Of a stretch of 64,000 nt of DNA, positions 30,676 to 38,755 are shown piece after piece. The first letter of the stretch is position 1; each line of letters starts with the position of its first letter. The translations under genes and the position numbers were made by a program. Under the pieces are notes generated by a model, which worked only from the letters and a program-made list of their open reading frames with translations, searched no databases and was not told the origin of the DNA. The stretch lies in NCBI GenBank assembly GCA_964610335.1, contig CAZSVP010000002.1, positions 78,376 through 142,375 on the forward strand, written 5' to 3'. This DNA is from an uncultured Candidatus Saccharibacteria bacterium (GTDB taxonomy: Bacteria > Patescibacteriota > Saccharimonadia > CAILAD01 > BJGX01).

Positions 30676-31917
30676 TCAGATATTTTTGAGAGTGACTCCC
30701 CTAAACGCAAATCGTTGGAAAATTCCAAACACAGCTAGTAGCAATGCAGCACCTATTAGTACAGTAGTTGGCGACAGTATATCAGCACTAATACCCGCCA
30801 AAATCACTGGTATTAGTGCGGCTACATTTACAAGCATGTTTAGCGCCCCAAATACTTTGCCTCTCTGCTCATCTGAAGTATTGATCTGGAGCAAGGTTTG
30901 TGCCGAGACAGTCACAAAAGCGTTGGCAAGTCCCATCAGCGCGGAAACTGATATCACAATCACAATAAATACTGGCCAATCTTGAACACGATGAACGAGC
31001 CCTAAACCGAGTAGTGAAAATACCGCCAACACAATGCCATAATTGATCATACGTACTTTATTGACCTTTTTGCCAAGCTGACCGACCAAAATCGCCCCCA
31101 ACACCATAGCTAATGCTGCAGGTACAATCAGCTTAACACTGGCTGCAGTCAGACTCTGATGGAAGAGTATGCTGGCTAGTGCCGGAGCCAAGACCGCAAT
31201 CACCCCTATTACCGCTTGGGCTATGGCTAGGTTGAGCAGTGGGAAAAGCAGTGTTTTGGTATGCAGTATCTCACCCATACTCTCCCTTACTTGCTTCAAA
31301 ACACTAGCAAATATGTGTGTGGTTCGAGGTGGTTTCTCTGGTTTAAGTTGGGGGAGCCCAAGTACCAACACCGCTGCCAAACCAAACGCTACACTCATGA
31401 TGATATATGTACTGCGAGGACCGAATATCCCAACTGCCGGACCAGCCAAACTGTAACCCACTACAAAGCTAGCATAAAAGCTAAATAGGAAGAGTGAGTT
31501 AGTACTTAACAGCTGGCTTTTCTTAACCAAACGAGGCAGTGCAGCCGCTTCGGCAGGTATAAAGAACTGTGTACAAATGGATATGAGAAATACTAAGCCG
31601 TAGACGGCAAATAAGTTACTCTCGAATAACAAGAATAACAATACCAACACAGCACGAATTAGATTACTCCACAACAAAACCTTCTTACGATCCCAGCGAT
31701 CGACATATGCACCGGCAAATACTGCAAACACAACTGATGGTAGAGCAAAACTTACAATCAGCAAGCTTACCGCTACATTGGCATATCGGCTGCCTTGAGC
31801 TAGATCGTAAACCCGGATTACGAGGGCAAAGTTGAGTAAATTGGCAGCTAATCCGGAGCTGAGCTGTGCCGCCCAGATGCGCAAGAAACGCGTGTTTCGA
31901 AATAGCTGTAGATACAT
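30676..31917 (-). CDS. MFS transporter (DHA3/MFS_3-like)
   Basis: ~12 TM segments; AGAYVDRWDRKKVL motif A; QRGKVFG. Confidence 0.9.
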   Translation of the reverse strand: MYLQLFRNTRFLRIWAAQLSSGLAANLLNFALVIRVYDLAQGSRYANVAVSLLIVSFALPSVVFAVFAGAYVDRWDRKKVLLWSNLIRAVLVLLFLLFESNLFAVYGLVFLISICTQFFIPAEAAALPRLVKKSQLLSTNSLFLFSFYASFVVGYSLAGPAVGIFGPRSTYIIMSVAFGLAAVLVLGLPQLKPEKPPRTTHIFASVLKQVRESMGEILHTKTLLFPLLNLAIAQAVIGVIAVLAPALASILFHQSLTAASVKLIVPAALAMVLGAILVGQLGKKVNKVRMINYGIVLAVFSLLGLGLVHRVQDWPVFIVIVISVSALMGLANAFVTVSAQTLLQINTSDEQRGKVFGALNMLVNVAALIPVILAGISADILSPTTVLIGAALLLAVFGIFQRFAFRGVTLKNI

Positions 31918-31923
31918 TTTGGT

Positions 31924-32538
31924 TTATTTACTGGCTAGTTTGGTTACTACCGAGTCTACTACTCCGTAGGTCTTGGCCTCATCGGCACCCATCCAATAAT
32001 CTCGGTCGCTGTCAGAAGTAATCTTATCCACGGACTGACCGGTTTTCTCCGACAATATTTGATTGAGCCGTTCACGAATCTTGATAATTTCCTTGGCCGT
32101 AATCTCAATGTCCGCCGCAGTGCCCTGGAAACCACCAGATGGTTGATGGATCATAACTCGCGAATTTGGTAGAGCAAATCGTTTACCTTTGGCACCGCAT
32201 GCTAGTAAAAATGCTCCCATGCTGGCAGCCATACCAACACAGATAGTACTGACAGATGGCGCAATGTGCTCCATAGTATCAAATATAGCAAGTCCGGCTG
32301 TAACACTCCCACCTGGACTGTTGATATAGAGCTTGATGTCGTCGTCACGACTTTCGCTTTCCAAAAACAACAACTGAGCAATTATGAGGTTAGCTACGGT
32401 ATCATCGACTTCGGAGCCCAAGAAAATAATTCGCTCCTTGAGCAAGCGTGAATAAATATCATAGGCTCGCTCACCTTGGCTAGTTTTCTCGATTACTGTT
32501 GGTACCAAAATGCTGTTGCGTATGGTTGAGTCGTTCAT
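31924..32538 (-). CDS. clpP: ATP-dependent Clp protease proteolytic subunit
   Basis: [32 protein letters not shown]; AGGAG SD before ATG 32538. Confidence 0.98.
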   Translation of the reverse strand: MNDSTIRNSILVPTVIEKTSQGERAYDIYSRLLKERIIFLGSEVDDTVANLIIAQLLFLESESRDDDIKLYINSPGGSVTAGLAIFDTMEHIAPSVSTICVGMAASMGAFLLACGAKGKRFALPNSRVMIHQPSGGFQGTAADIEITAKEIIKIRERLNQILSEKTGQSVDKITSDSDRDYWMGADEAKTYGVVDSVVTKLASK

Positions 32539-32613
32539 AAATATAAATCTCCTGTTTCCCAAGCTTCCTTAGGTCAAATTATAGCACAAACGTTATTATT
32601 GATCAGATGCTGG

Positions 32614-33885
32614 CTACTTAGCGTAGTCGACGAGTTTTTTGATAGCCTTGGTGGTCAGTATGTGTGTACGGAGATCATCACGGAATTTAGGATCATTGAG
32701 TTCTGATTGCATCTTCGGATCTTTGTAGTGCTCGCGCATATGCTCAAGCTCTGTATCAATCTCTTGCTCGTTGGTATTGATGCCTTCTTTTTCGATCAAC
32801 CAGCGCATCAGTATGCCTAGTTTCACTCGGCGCTCGGCTTCGACATGCAATTCTTTTTCGAAGTCTTCTTTGCTCTTCTTCTGCATCTGCATGTACTTCT
32901 CTATTGTAAGCCCTGAGTTCTTAAGCTGATCAGCAGTCTCGTGCTCGAGATTGTGGGCCACATCGTGTACCAACTCATCTGATACATCAAACTTTGCCTT
33001 ATCCATCAGCTCAGCTACTACCTTGTCTTCATATTCTTTTTGATAATCTTGAACTGCACGGGCTTCAAGGCTTTCGCGTACATTCTTCTCGAGTTCTTTG
33101 AAGGTCTTGAATGGTCCGATGTGAGTGGCAAAACCATCATCGAGCTTTGGCAATACTACTTCGCTGATCTTCTTGATGGTAATAGTAAACTCGACATCTT
33201 TGCCAGCTAGATCCTTGGCATGATAATCCTTAGGAAATGTAATGGTAAATTTCTTGGTTTCATCTTTCTTTAGTCCAATCACTTCTTCTTCAAAGCCTGG
33301 GATAAACTGCTTGCTGCCGATTACCAGAGTCTGGTTTTGAGCACCGGCGCCTTCGACTGGTTTACCTTCACGCACACCCTCATAATCAAGCACTACCTCG
33401 TCACCATCCTTAACGGCGCGAGGTACTTCGGTACGTTCTGCCAGCTGCTTGCGCAATTCTTCTATTGCTGCAGCTACATCTTTGTCTTCAACCTTGGGGG
33501 CATCGTATTTGACCGACAGCTTAGTAAGATCAAATTTAATATCAGGCATAATTGCTACCTCAGCAGTAAATTCAAGCTCGGTATATGGTACAAACTTCTT
33601 CACCTCAATACGTGGTGCTGACACTGTGGTGAGCTTGGAATCGCGAATAGCAGCAGCATAGGCATGCATTACTATTTCTTCGAGCACTTCGGACTGCACA
33701 CGTTGCTCACCGAGTTGGCGCTCAGCGATCTTATCGGGCGCGTGGCCGGGGCGAAAACCATCAACCTTGAGATCCTTCTTGAGCCGTTTGAGCACTGCCT
33801 GATGGTAAACAGCCATAAATTTCTCATCGGCTGTGATAGTAAGAGTTGCGTTGGTCTTGGTTTGCTTGGTGATTTCGTGTTTCAT
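32614..33885 (-). CDS. tig: trigger factor
   Basis: DGFRPGHAP ribosome-binding loop, FIPGFEE, FPKDYHA; real start MKHE at 33885. Confidence 0.95.
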   Translation of the reverse strand: MKHEITKQTKTNATLTITADEKFMAVYHQAVLKRLKKDLKVDGFRPGHAPDKIAERQLGEQRVQSEVLEEIVMHAYAAAIRDSKLTTVSAPRIEVKKFVPYTELEFTAEVAIMPDIKFDLTKLSVKYDAPKVEDKDVAAAIEELRKQLAERTEVPRAVKDGDEVVLDYEGVREGKPVEGAGAQNQTLVIGSKQFIPGFEEEVIGLKKDETKKFTITFPKDYHAKDLAGKDVEFTITIKKISEVVLPKLDDGFATHIGPFKTFKELEKNVRESLEARAVQDYQKEYEDKVVAELMDKAKFDVSDELVHDVAHNLEHETADQLKNSGLTIEKYMQMQKKSKEDFEKELHVEAERRVKLGILMRWLIEKEGINTNEQEIDTELEHMREHYKDPKMQSELNDPKFRDDLRTHILTTKAIKKLVDYAK

Positions 33886-33938
33886 GATCACGTAATAATA
33901 CCAGATAGTACAATAAATTTCTAGTCCTAGAATGAAGC

Positions 33939-33970
33939 AGGACTCCTCGACCGGTAAGCCAAGAAGTCCT
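33939..33970 (-). terminator. hairpin closing the tRNA-like array
   Basis: Minus strand AGGACTTCTTGGC-TTACCG-GTCGAGGAGTCCT, 13 bp including G-U pairs. Confidence 0.6.
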
Positions 33971-33974
33971 ATTG

Positions 33975-34048
33975 TGGGCAGCGCGGGGTTCGAACCCGCA
34001 ACCTCCGGATTAAGAGTCCGACGCTCGTCCAATTGTCGCTTCCTGCCC
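33975..34048 (-). tRNA. atypical tRNA-Lys(CTT)-like gene (possible pseudo-tRNA)
   Basis: GGGCAGG/GCTGCCC acceptor (G7-G66 mismatch), TCGGA-CTCTTAA-TCCGG anticodon arm, GCGGG-TTCGAAC-CCCGC T arm; A8, broken D stem, ACAA end. Confidence 0.65.
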
Positions 34049-34080
34049 TTGATTGTTTGAGGCACAATTCTAAGCCTTTG

Positions 34081-34193
34081 TGGACCAGGGCGGAATCGAA
34101 CCGCCACGCTGCTCGAGCAGTGAAGAAGACAAAAGCCTCTCGAACACCGACTAGCTGGGTAGTGAGTCCCAACATGGTACCGAACACTGGCCC
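34081..34193 (-). ncRNA. 113-nt tRNA-like RNA resembling the tmRNA tRNA-like domain
   Basis: GGGCCAG/CTGGTCC acceptor with G3-U70, discriminator A, GGCGG-TTCGATT-CCGCC T arm; no D stem; two internal hairpins. Confidence 0.55.
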
Positions 34194-34204
34194 AGTGATC
34201 TCAG

Positions 34205-34273
34205 AAGAGCTGAGGGGAGTCGATCCCCTATCTTCCGCCGTAGCGGACGCATTACCGACAATGCTACAGCCCT
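34205..34273 (-). ncRNA. 69-nt cloverleaf RNA with anticodon loop replaced by a UACG tetraloop
   Basis: AGGGCTG/CAGCTCT, GCAT-TGTCGGTA-ATGC, TCCGC-TACG-GCGGA, AGGGG-ATCGACT-CCCCT. Confidence 0.65.
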
Positions 34274-34275
34274 AG

Positions 34276-34349
34276 CACGCCTGGTGGGACTCGAACCCAC
34301 AGCCTCTCCTTCGATTTCGGAGTGCTCTGTCCGATTGAGCTACAGGCGC
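34276..34349 (-). tRNA. atypical tRNA (Arg-like body, non-canonical anticodon loop)
   Basis: GCGCCTG/CAGGCGT, GCTC-AATCGGACA-GAGC, CTCCG-AAATCGA-AGGAG (no U33), GTGGG-TTCGAGT-CCCAC. Confidence 0.65.
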
Positions 34350-34413
34350 CGCTCACCAATGATGGCCCTCCAAGTGGCGGCAGCCACGAGGCATTGGATT
34401 GCGTCGAAGAGCA

Positions 34414-34442
34414 ATTGTACTCGCACTTGAGTACGATTGCAA
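34414..34442 (-). promoter_or_regulatory. promoter of the tRNA-like array, embedded in an inverted repeat
   Basis: TTGCAA-N17-TACAAT; overlapping IR GCAATTGTACTC-N6-GAGTACGATTGC (34411-34440). Confidence 0.65.
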
Positions 34443-34448
34443 TACTCA

Positions 34449-34715
34449 TCATGTGTACTTCGTAAGATCCCTGGGTGGACTACGTAGCTCCAGCCATTGG
34501 AGACCTCGGCCAGTCAACCGCAGTGTCGCTCGCTGCACCACCACCAACTCTTGGACGATCAGCTCGCGGCTCACTGGACTGTCGGATTGTACCGCTCTGC
34601 CCGCAGCCAGCGAAAGCAATATGTTGATCTGTTCCTCCGATAGCTCCAACGCTTTCAACTCACGCAGTTCGGACTGAGCACTACCGTGTCCAGCAGTTTG
34701 CTTAGGCGGCATCAT
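34449..34715 (-). CDS. small winged-helix-like protein
   Basis: LSEEQINILLSLA...ELIVQELV...LRLTGRG pattern; ATGA coupled to upstream ORF. Confidence 0.55.
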   Translation of the reverse strand: MMPPKQTAGHGSAQSELRELKALELSEEQINILLSLAAGRAVQSDSPVSRELIVQELVVVQRATLRLTGRGLQWLELRSPPRDLTKYT

Positions 34716-35185
34716 GACTCCTTCGGTATCAACTTGGTCAAGTCTCCAAGTGGTATCAACTTCTTGTTACGTACCAGCCCGTCCCAGTGTTCCAATGTGA
34801 GATCAGTCAGCTCGGCCGGCAAATCACACTGAATCGCTCCAAACCCATACGTGTAGAAGCAAGGATTGAGATCGCCACTCTCCAAGGCCGGTTTGATCTC
34901 GACGAAGACTCGGCTGTAGGGATCACCAACTTCACCTGGATACAACCAGATGGTGCCCACCTCGGGTGGCACGATCCTTCTGGGCTGTAGCATACCTACG
35001 AACATGGCGTTCTTGTCGCTGTAGTAGTTGCCATGAATGCCCCGACAGTCGTCACTGTGCTCGGGCGAAAGCAAGCACACATCTACTTTGGGGTCTGGCA
35101 CCCCAACCGGTATCCATTGCAATAGACACCATGGGCCAGCAGGTGGTGCCCACTCAGGCATAGGCGGAACTGAAGTGGCAGACAT
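34712..35185 (-). CDS. orphan protein (GC-rich cassette)
   Basis: Promoter TTGATT-N17-TAATCT (35237-35265), GAGGTG SD before ATG 35185. Confidence 0.65.
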   Translation of the reverse strand: MSATSVPPMPEWAPPAGPWCLLQWIPVGVPDPKVDVCLLSPEHSDDCRGIHGNYYSDKNAMFVGMLQPRRIVPPEVGTIWLYPGEVGDPYSRVFVEIKPALESGDLNPCFYTYGFGAIQCDLPAELTDLTLEHWDGLVRNKKLIPLGDLTKLIPKES

Positions 35186-35282
35186 TTGGTCCACCTCACT
35201 TTCTTTCGGTTGTTCAGATACATCGGTCTAAAGCCGAGATTACCAAACTGATATACAAAAATCAAAATAATATCAAGTTCCT

Positions 35283-35369
35283 TGGTACCGGAGAGAGGAC
35301 TCGAACCTCCACGGGTGTTACCCCACCAGCTCCTAAGGCTGGCGTGTCTACCAATTCCACCACTCCGGC
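35283..35369 (-). tRNA. tRNA-Leu(TAG)
   Basis: GCCGGAG..., CCAGC-CTTAGGA-GCTGG anticodon arm, long variable arm, GGTTCGAGTCC, encoded CCA. Confidence 0.97.
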
Positions 35370-35377
35370 ACAAAGAA

Positions 35378-35905
35378 CTAAATACTAACTATACTTTTTT
35401 GAATGTACAATATCTGTGCGTCACCGTAATTTTTCTGCTGTACTATGTTGAACCGCTCGGAATCTATCTGAGTTTTACTTGAACAACTCAGCACGATTAC
35501 TCCATCTGATTTTAGCAGATCAATAGCCTTTTCGACTAGATCTAGCTTCAGCTCGGCGTATGGGGGGTCAATGAATATTATGCCATAGAGCCCTTTGTCC
35601 TTGCCGACAAACTTAGCAGTGTCGGATTGTATCACACTCACATTCGGCGACGAAATAGCCCGACAATTTTGTTTGAGAGAAGTAACTGACTTGTCCACGA
35701 ATACTACCATATCTGCTCCTCTACTGAGAGCTTCTAGCCCCAGAGCACCACTTCCAGCGTACAAATCCAGTATGCTTGAGCCGACTACGCGTTCTCCGAG
35801 AGTAGAGAATATCGCCGCTCGAGTCTTTTGGCTAACTGGGCGTGCACCACGTGGCAAAGCTGGTAGCTGTTTACCCTTCCATATACCCGCAACTATGGTA
35901 ATCAT
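35378..35905 (-). CDS. rsmD: 16S rRNA m2G966 methyltransferase
   Basis: IVAGIWKG, LDLYAGSGALGLEALSRGA, FIDPPY. Confidence 0.92.
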   Translation of the reverse strand: MITIVAGIWKGKQLPALPRGARPVSQKTRAAIFSTLGERVVGSSILDLYAGSGALGLEALSRGADMVVFVDKSVTSLKQNCRAISSPNVSVIQSDTAKFVGKDKGLYGIIFIDPPYAELKLDLVEKAIDLLKSDGVIVLSCSSKTQIDSERFNIVQQKNYGDAQILYIQKSIVSI

Positions 35906-35912
35906 GGATAGT

Positions 35913-36695
35913 CTAAGCTTTTACTTTGCCTTGGTAGGTCTTGGATAAGTCTACCTTATTGCCAGCTTCGACATAGGCACTTAGCCATGCTGCAGCAATC
36001 AGCTGTGGGATACGCGGTACAATCACCTTTTTGACAGCGCGAGCCAAAGCCACATTCCAACCCTTCTCGATAAACTTGCGATAGAGATGTAGCTCTGCAA
36101 TAGTTCGAGACTCTTCCTTGACGGCCGCAGCTATACCCTTCTGTTGCACTCTCTCAAATAATTCTTTGTCAAACGTGGTCTTGATACGACCAAAACTCAC
36201 GGACGAGCTTACCCCTGCCTCAAAAGCCACGTGTGAGCTCATAAGCCCTTTGCGGCCATAGTAAAGCCACTTCTTGCGCAACTTGCTGGCGTCCTCGTAT
36301 TCAGCTTCGATCAGCTTCCAACTAAGGTGGTGGGCTGGAGTTAGACTGTCTGTGAGATAGTGAGCCATGAAGCCTGCCTCAAAAGCAGCCTTTATACGAT
36401 CGCCTTTTGCAAGTGCTTCCACCAGGTTCTTGTAATGAATTTCTATCCATGTCGGCAACTGGCCTATCTCATTGATAGGATCCCACAAGTGGTCACCCTT
36501 ATACTTACCCTTGAATTTAAGCCCATCTGGCCCACCCATGCCTTCAAACTGTAGGATTTCCTTGCGTATAGGAAACACACCGGGCTTAAGTGCTGGACGC
36601 ATAAGTCGGTAGGCCTCACGATCAAACTTCTGATGTGTGCCGATGGTCTTGAAAGCTTTGCCACGAGTGGCAAATGTAAGTATTCCTGAATTCAT
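35913..36695 (-). CDS. Zn-dependent phospholipase C / S1-P1 nuclease-like protein
   Basis: H..., GPDG, DHLW, MAHYLTDSLTPAHH, HVAFE metal-ligand pattern. Confidence 0.6.
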   Translation of the reverse strand: MNSGILTFATRGKAFKTIGTHQKFDREAYRLMRPALKPGVFPIRKEILQFEGMGGPDGLKFKGKYKGDHLWDPINEIGQLPTWIEIHYKNLVEALAKGDRIKAAFEAGFMAHYLTDSLTPAHHLSWKLIEAEYEDASKLRKKWLYYGRKGLMSSHVAFEAGVSSSVSFGRIKTTFDKELFERVQQKGIAAAVKEESRTIAELHLYRKFIEKGWNVALARAVKKVIVPRIPQLIAAAWLSAYVEAGNKVDLSKTYQGKVKA

Positions 36696-38719
36696 TCTAG
36701 ACTTGTTTGAGCAGCCAAAGCTGTTAATTGCTGCTCAATTTGCGGATATTTTACCATATTTCCGCTATCTAGGAAAGCCTGAGCAGCTTCACGAACCTGC
36801 TCTACTAATTTGGTATCGGTAAGGCTTGCCATCCGCAAATCAAAATAACCATGCTGCAGCTTGCCGTAAACCTGCCCAGGACCACGTGTAATCAGGTCAA
36901 TTTGCGCCAAACGCAGACCGTCGTGAGTTTTTTCAAGGCTACGCAAGCGAGTCATGCTCTCGAGGTTGTCAGCTTGGCCAATTAAATAACAATATGATTG
37001 CTTATCAGACCGACCTACCCTACCACGTAACTGGTGCAAACTTGCCAAACCAAAACCGTCGGCACCCTCAATCAACATAACTGTGGCATTTGGCACATTG
37101 ACACCTACTTCTACGACTGTTGTAGACACCAAGATATCCAGTTTGCCAGATGCAAACTTGGTCATAACATCGGCTTTTTCATCGGCTCTCATACGACCAT
37201 GCAACAAACCAATTCGGCGATGTGCAAATATACTCTTACGCAATCTGTCATACTCTTGCTCGACACTGCGTTTACCGCTCACGTCATCTTGGGTTATTCG
37301 AGGGCATACCACAAATGCTTGTTCGCCAGCTCCTATGCGCTCTTCAATATGCTGGTAGGCACTCAAACGTTGACGATCGGTATATACCTTGGTAGTAACT
37401 GGCTTGCGCTCAGCTGGTAGCTCGTTGATTGCACTGACATCCAAGTCGCCATAGACCACAAGAGCCAGACTGCGCGGAATAGGTGTAGCAGTCATAGTGA
37501 GTATATGGGGGCTTAGGTGGGATTTGGTCTTGAGATGGCTTCGCTGTTCCACCCCGAAACGATGCTGTTCATCAACTATTACCAAGCCTAAGTTTTTAAA
37601 ACTAACCTTTTCTGACAATAGAGCTTGCGTTCCTACAACTAGATCGATATTGCCATCGGCTAGCTCCTCGTGCACTTTTTTCTTTTGCTCGGCTTTGAGC
37701 CCAGCCACAAGTAGGGCTGTGCTGATACCAAGTGGGCTCAGCAGTTTGTCGGCTGTCGCGACGTGCTGGGTCGCAAGGATCTCGGTAGGCGCCATATAGG
37801 CTGTTTGGTACCCATGTTTTGCTGCCACAGCCGCAGCTAGCAAGGCCACGACTGTCTTGCCGCTACCCACATCGCCCTGCAGTAGCCTATTCATAGGTTG
37901 CTTATGCTCTATATCTTTGAGGATTTGCCAGGTTACCTTGCGTTGTGCGTCAGTCAGCTCAAACGGCAATGATTCTACAACGGCCTTAATCGTTCCCAGA
38001 TCAAATGGCATCGCCGCTGCAGTCTCATCATGGCGCGCTTGGCGCAAATATAGACCTGTCAACATATAGCCAAATAGTTCACCAAAACCAATCCGAAACT
38101 TAGCCTGCTCCACTTCTTCAATAGTTTTCGGCTGGTGGAGTTGAGCTACGGCTTGTCCGTATGACATAAGTTTGTTTGACTCGACAATCTCAGTCGGTAA
38201 TGTATCATGCAGCCGATCACAAAGCGGCAAAGCTAACCCAACCAAGCGCCGTAACTGTTTACTAGTAAGCTGGGCTGTTTCTGGATAGACCGGAAAGATC
38301 TTGCCACCTTGTGATTTCCCTGCCAGCTCAAACATTGGGTTATTGAGACTCAAGTAACCGCCCTTGAACTCTAGTTTGCCAGCCCAGAAGTAGGTTTCAC
38401 CTTGCTTGAGCTGGTTGGCCACAAATGGCTGGTTAAACCACACCACCTTGAGACTGCCTGTTTTGTCTGTAATTACTGCTTCAGTAATAGTAAGTCTAGT
38501 TTTAAATGACCGTCGGCTAGCAATAGCATTGAGCTCAGCCACCACGGCAATTTCACCTGGTTTGGTATGGTTGATGGTAGTGACTTGGCTGTAGTCTTCC
38601 CAGCGTCGTGGATAATGCAGCAACAAATCTTGGATGTTCTCAACTCCAAGTTTGGCCATACGTTTGGCCACTACATCACCAATGCCACTAAGCACCGTAA
38701 CTGAATCGGTCAGTTTCAT
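36692..38719 (-). CDS. recG: ATP-dependent DNA helicase RecG
   Basis: MNRLLQGDVGSGKT, DEQHRFGV, TATPIPRSL, HQLRGRVGR. Confidence 0.97.
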   Translation of the reverse strand: MKLTDSVTVLSGIGDVVAKRMAKLGVENIQDLLLHYPRRWEDYSQVTTINHTKPGEIAVVAELNAIASRRSFKTRLTITEAVITDKTGSLKVVWFNQPFVANQLKQGETYFWAGKLEFKGGYLSLNNPMFELAGKSQGGKIFPVYPETAQLTSKQLRRLVGLALPLCDRLHDTLPTEIVESNKLMSYGQAVAQLHQPKTIEEVEQAKFRIGFGELFGYMLTGLYLRQARHDETAAAMPFDLGTIKAVVESLPFELTDAQRKVTWQILKDIEHKQPMNRLLQGDVGSGKTVVALLAAAVAAKHGYQTAYMAPTEILATQHVATADKLLSPLGISTALLVAGLKAEQKKKVHEELADGNIDLVVGTQALLSEKVSFKNLGLVIVDEQHRFGVEQRSHLKTKSHLSPHILTMTATPIPRSLALVVYGDLDVSAINELPAERKPVTTKVYTDRQRLSAYQHIEERIGAGEQAFVVCPRITQDDVSGKRSVEQEYDRLRKSIFAHRRIGLLHGRMRADEKADVMTKFASGKLDILVSTTVVEVGVNVPNATVMLIEGADGFGLASLHQLRGRVGRSDKQSYCYLIGQADNLESMTRLRSLEKTHDGLRLAQIDLITRGPGQVYGKLQHGYFDLRMASLTDTKLVEQVREAAQAFLDSGNMVKYPQIEQQLTALAAQTSLE

Positions 38720-38755
38720 ATTGCTATTGTACTAGTTGCCGATCAAAACCCGAAG

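Noticed and set aside
30676-32538. Absence of clpX after tig-clpP as a novel feature
   Set aside because: clpX could lie elsewhere, and ClpC with an IGF loop is present as a ClpP partner; cannot be judged from this window
33886-34107. N-terminal extension of the 497-aa tig ORF and other short ORFs over 33969-34452
   Set aside because: These are translations across the tRNA-like genes; trigger factor homology starts at MKHE (33885), which has its own -10 box
34081-34193. Full-length or permuted tmRNA (ssrA)
   Set aside because: Only 113 nt between the 5' and 3' acceptor strands, in non-permuted order, with no tag reading frame or pseudoknots; kept only as tmRNA-like
33900-35369. Prophage or integrative element inserted at tRNA-Leu
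   Set aside because: No integrase, and no duplicated tRNA-Leu 3' end (att repeat) found by eye; the tRNA-like 3' ends differ from that of tRNA-Leu
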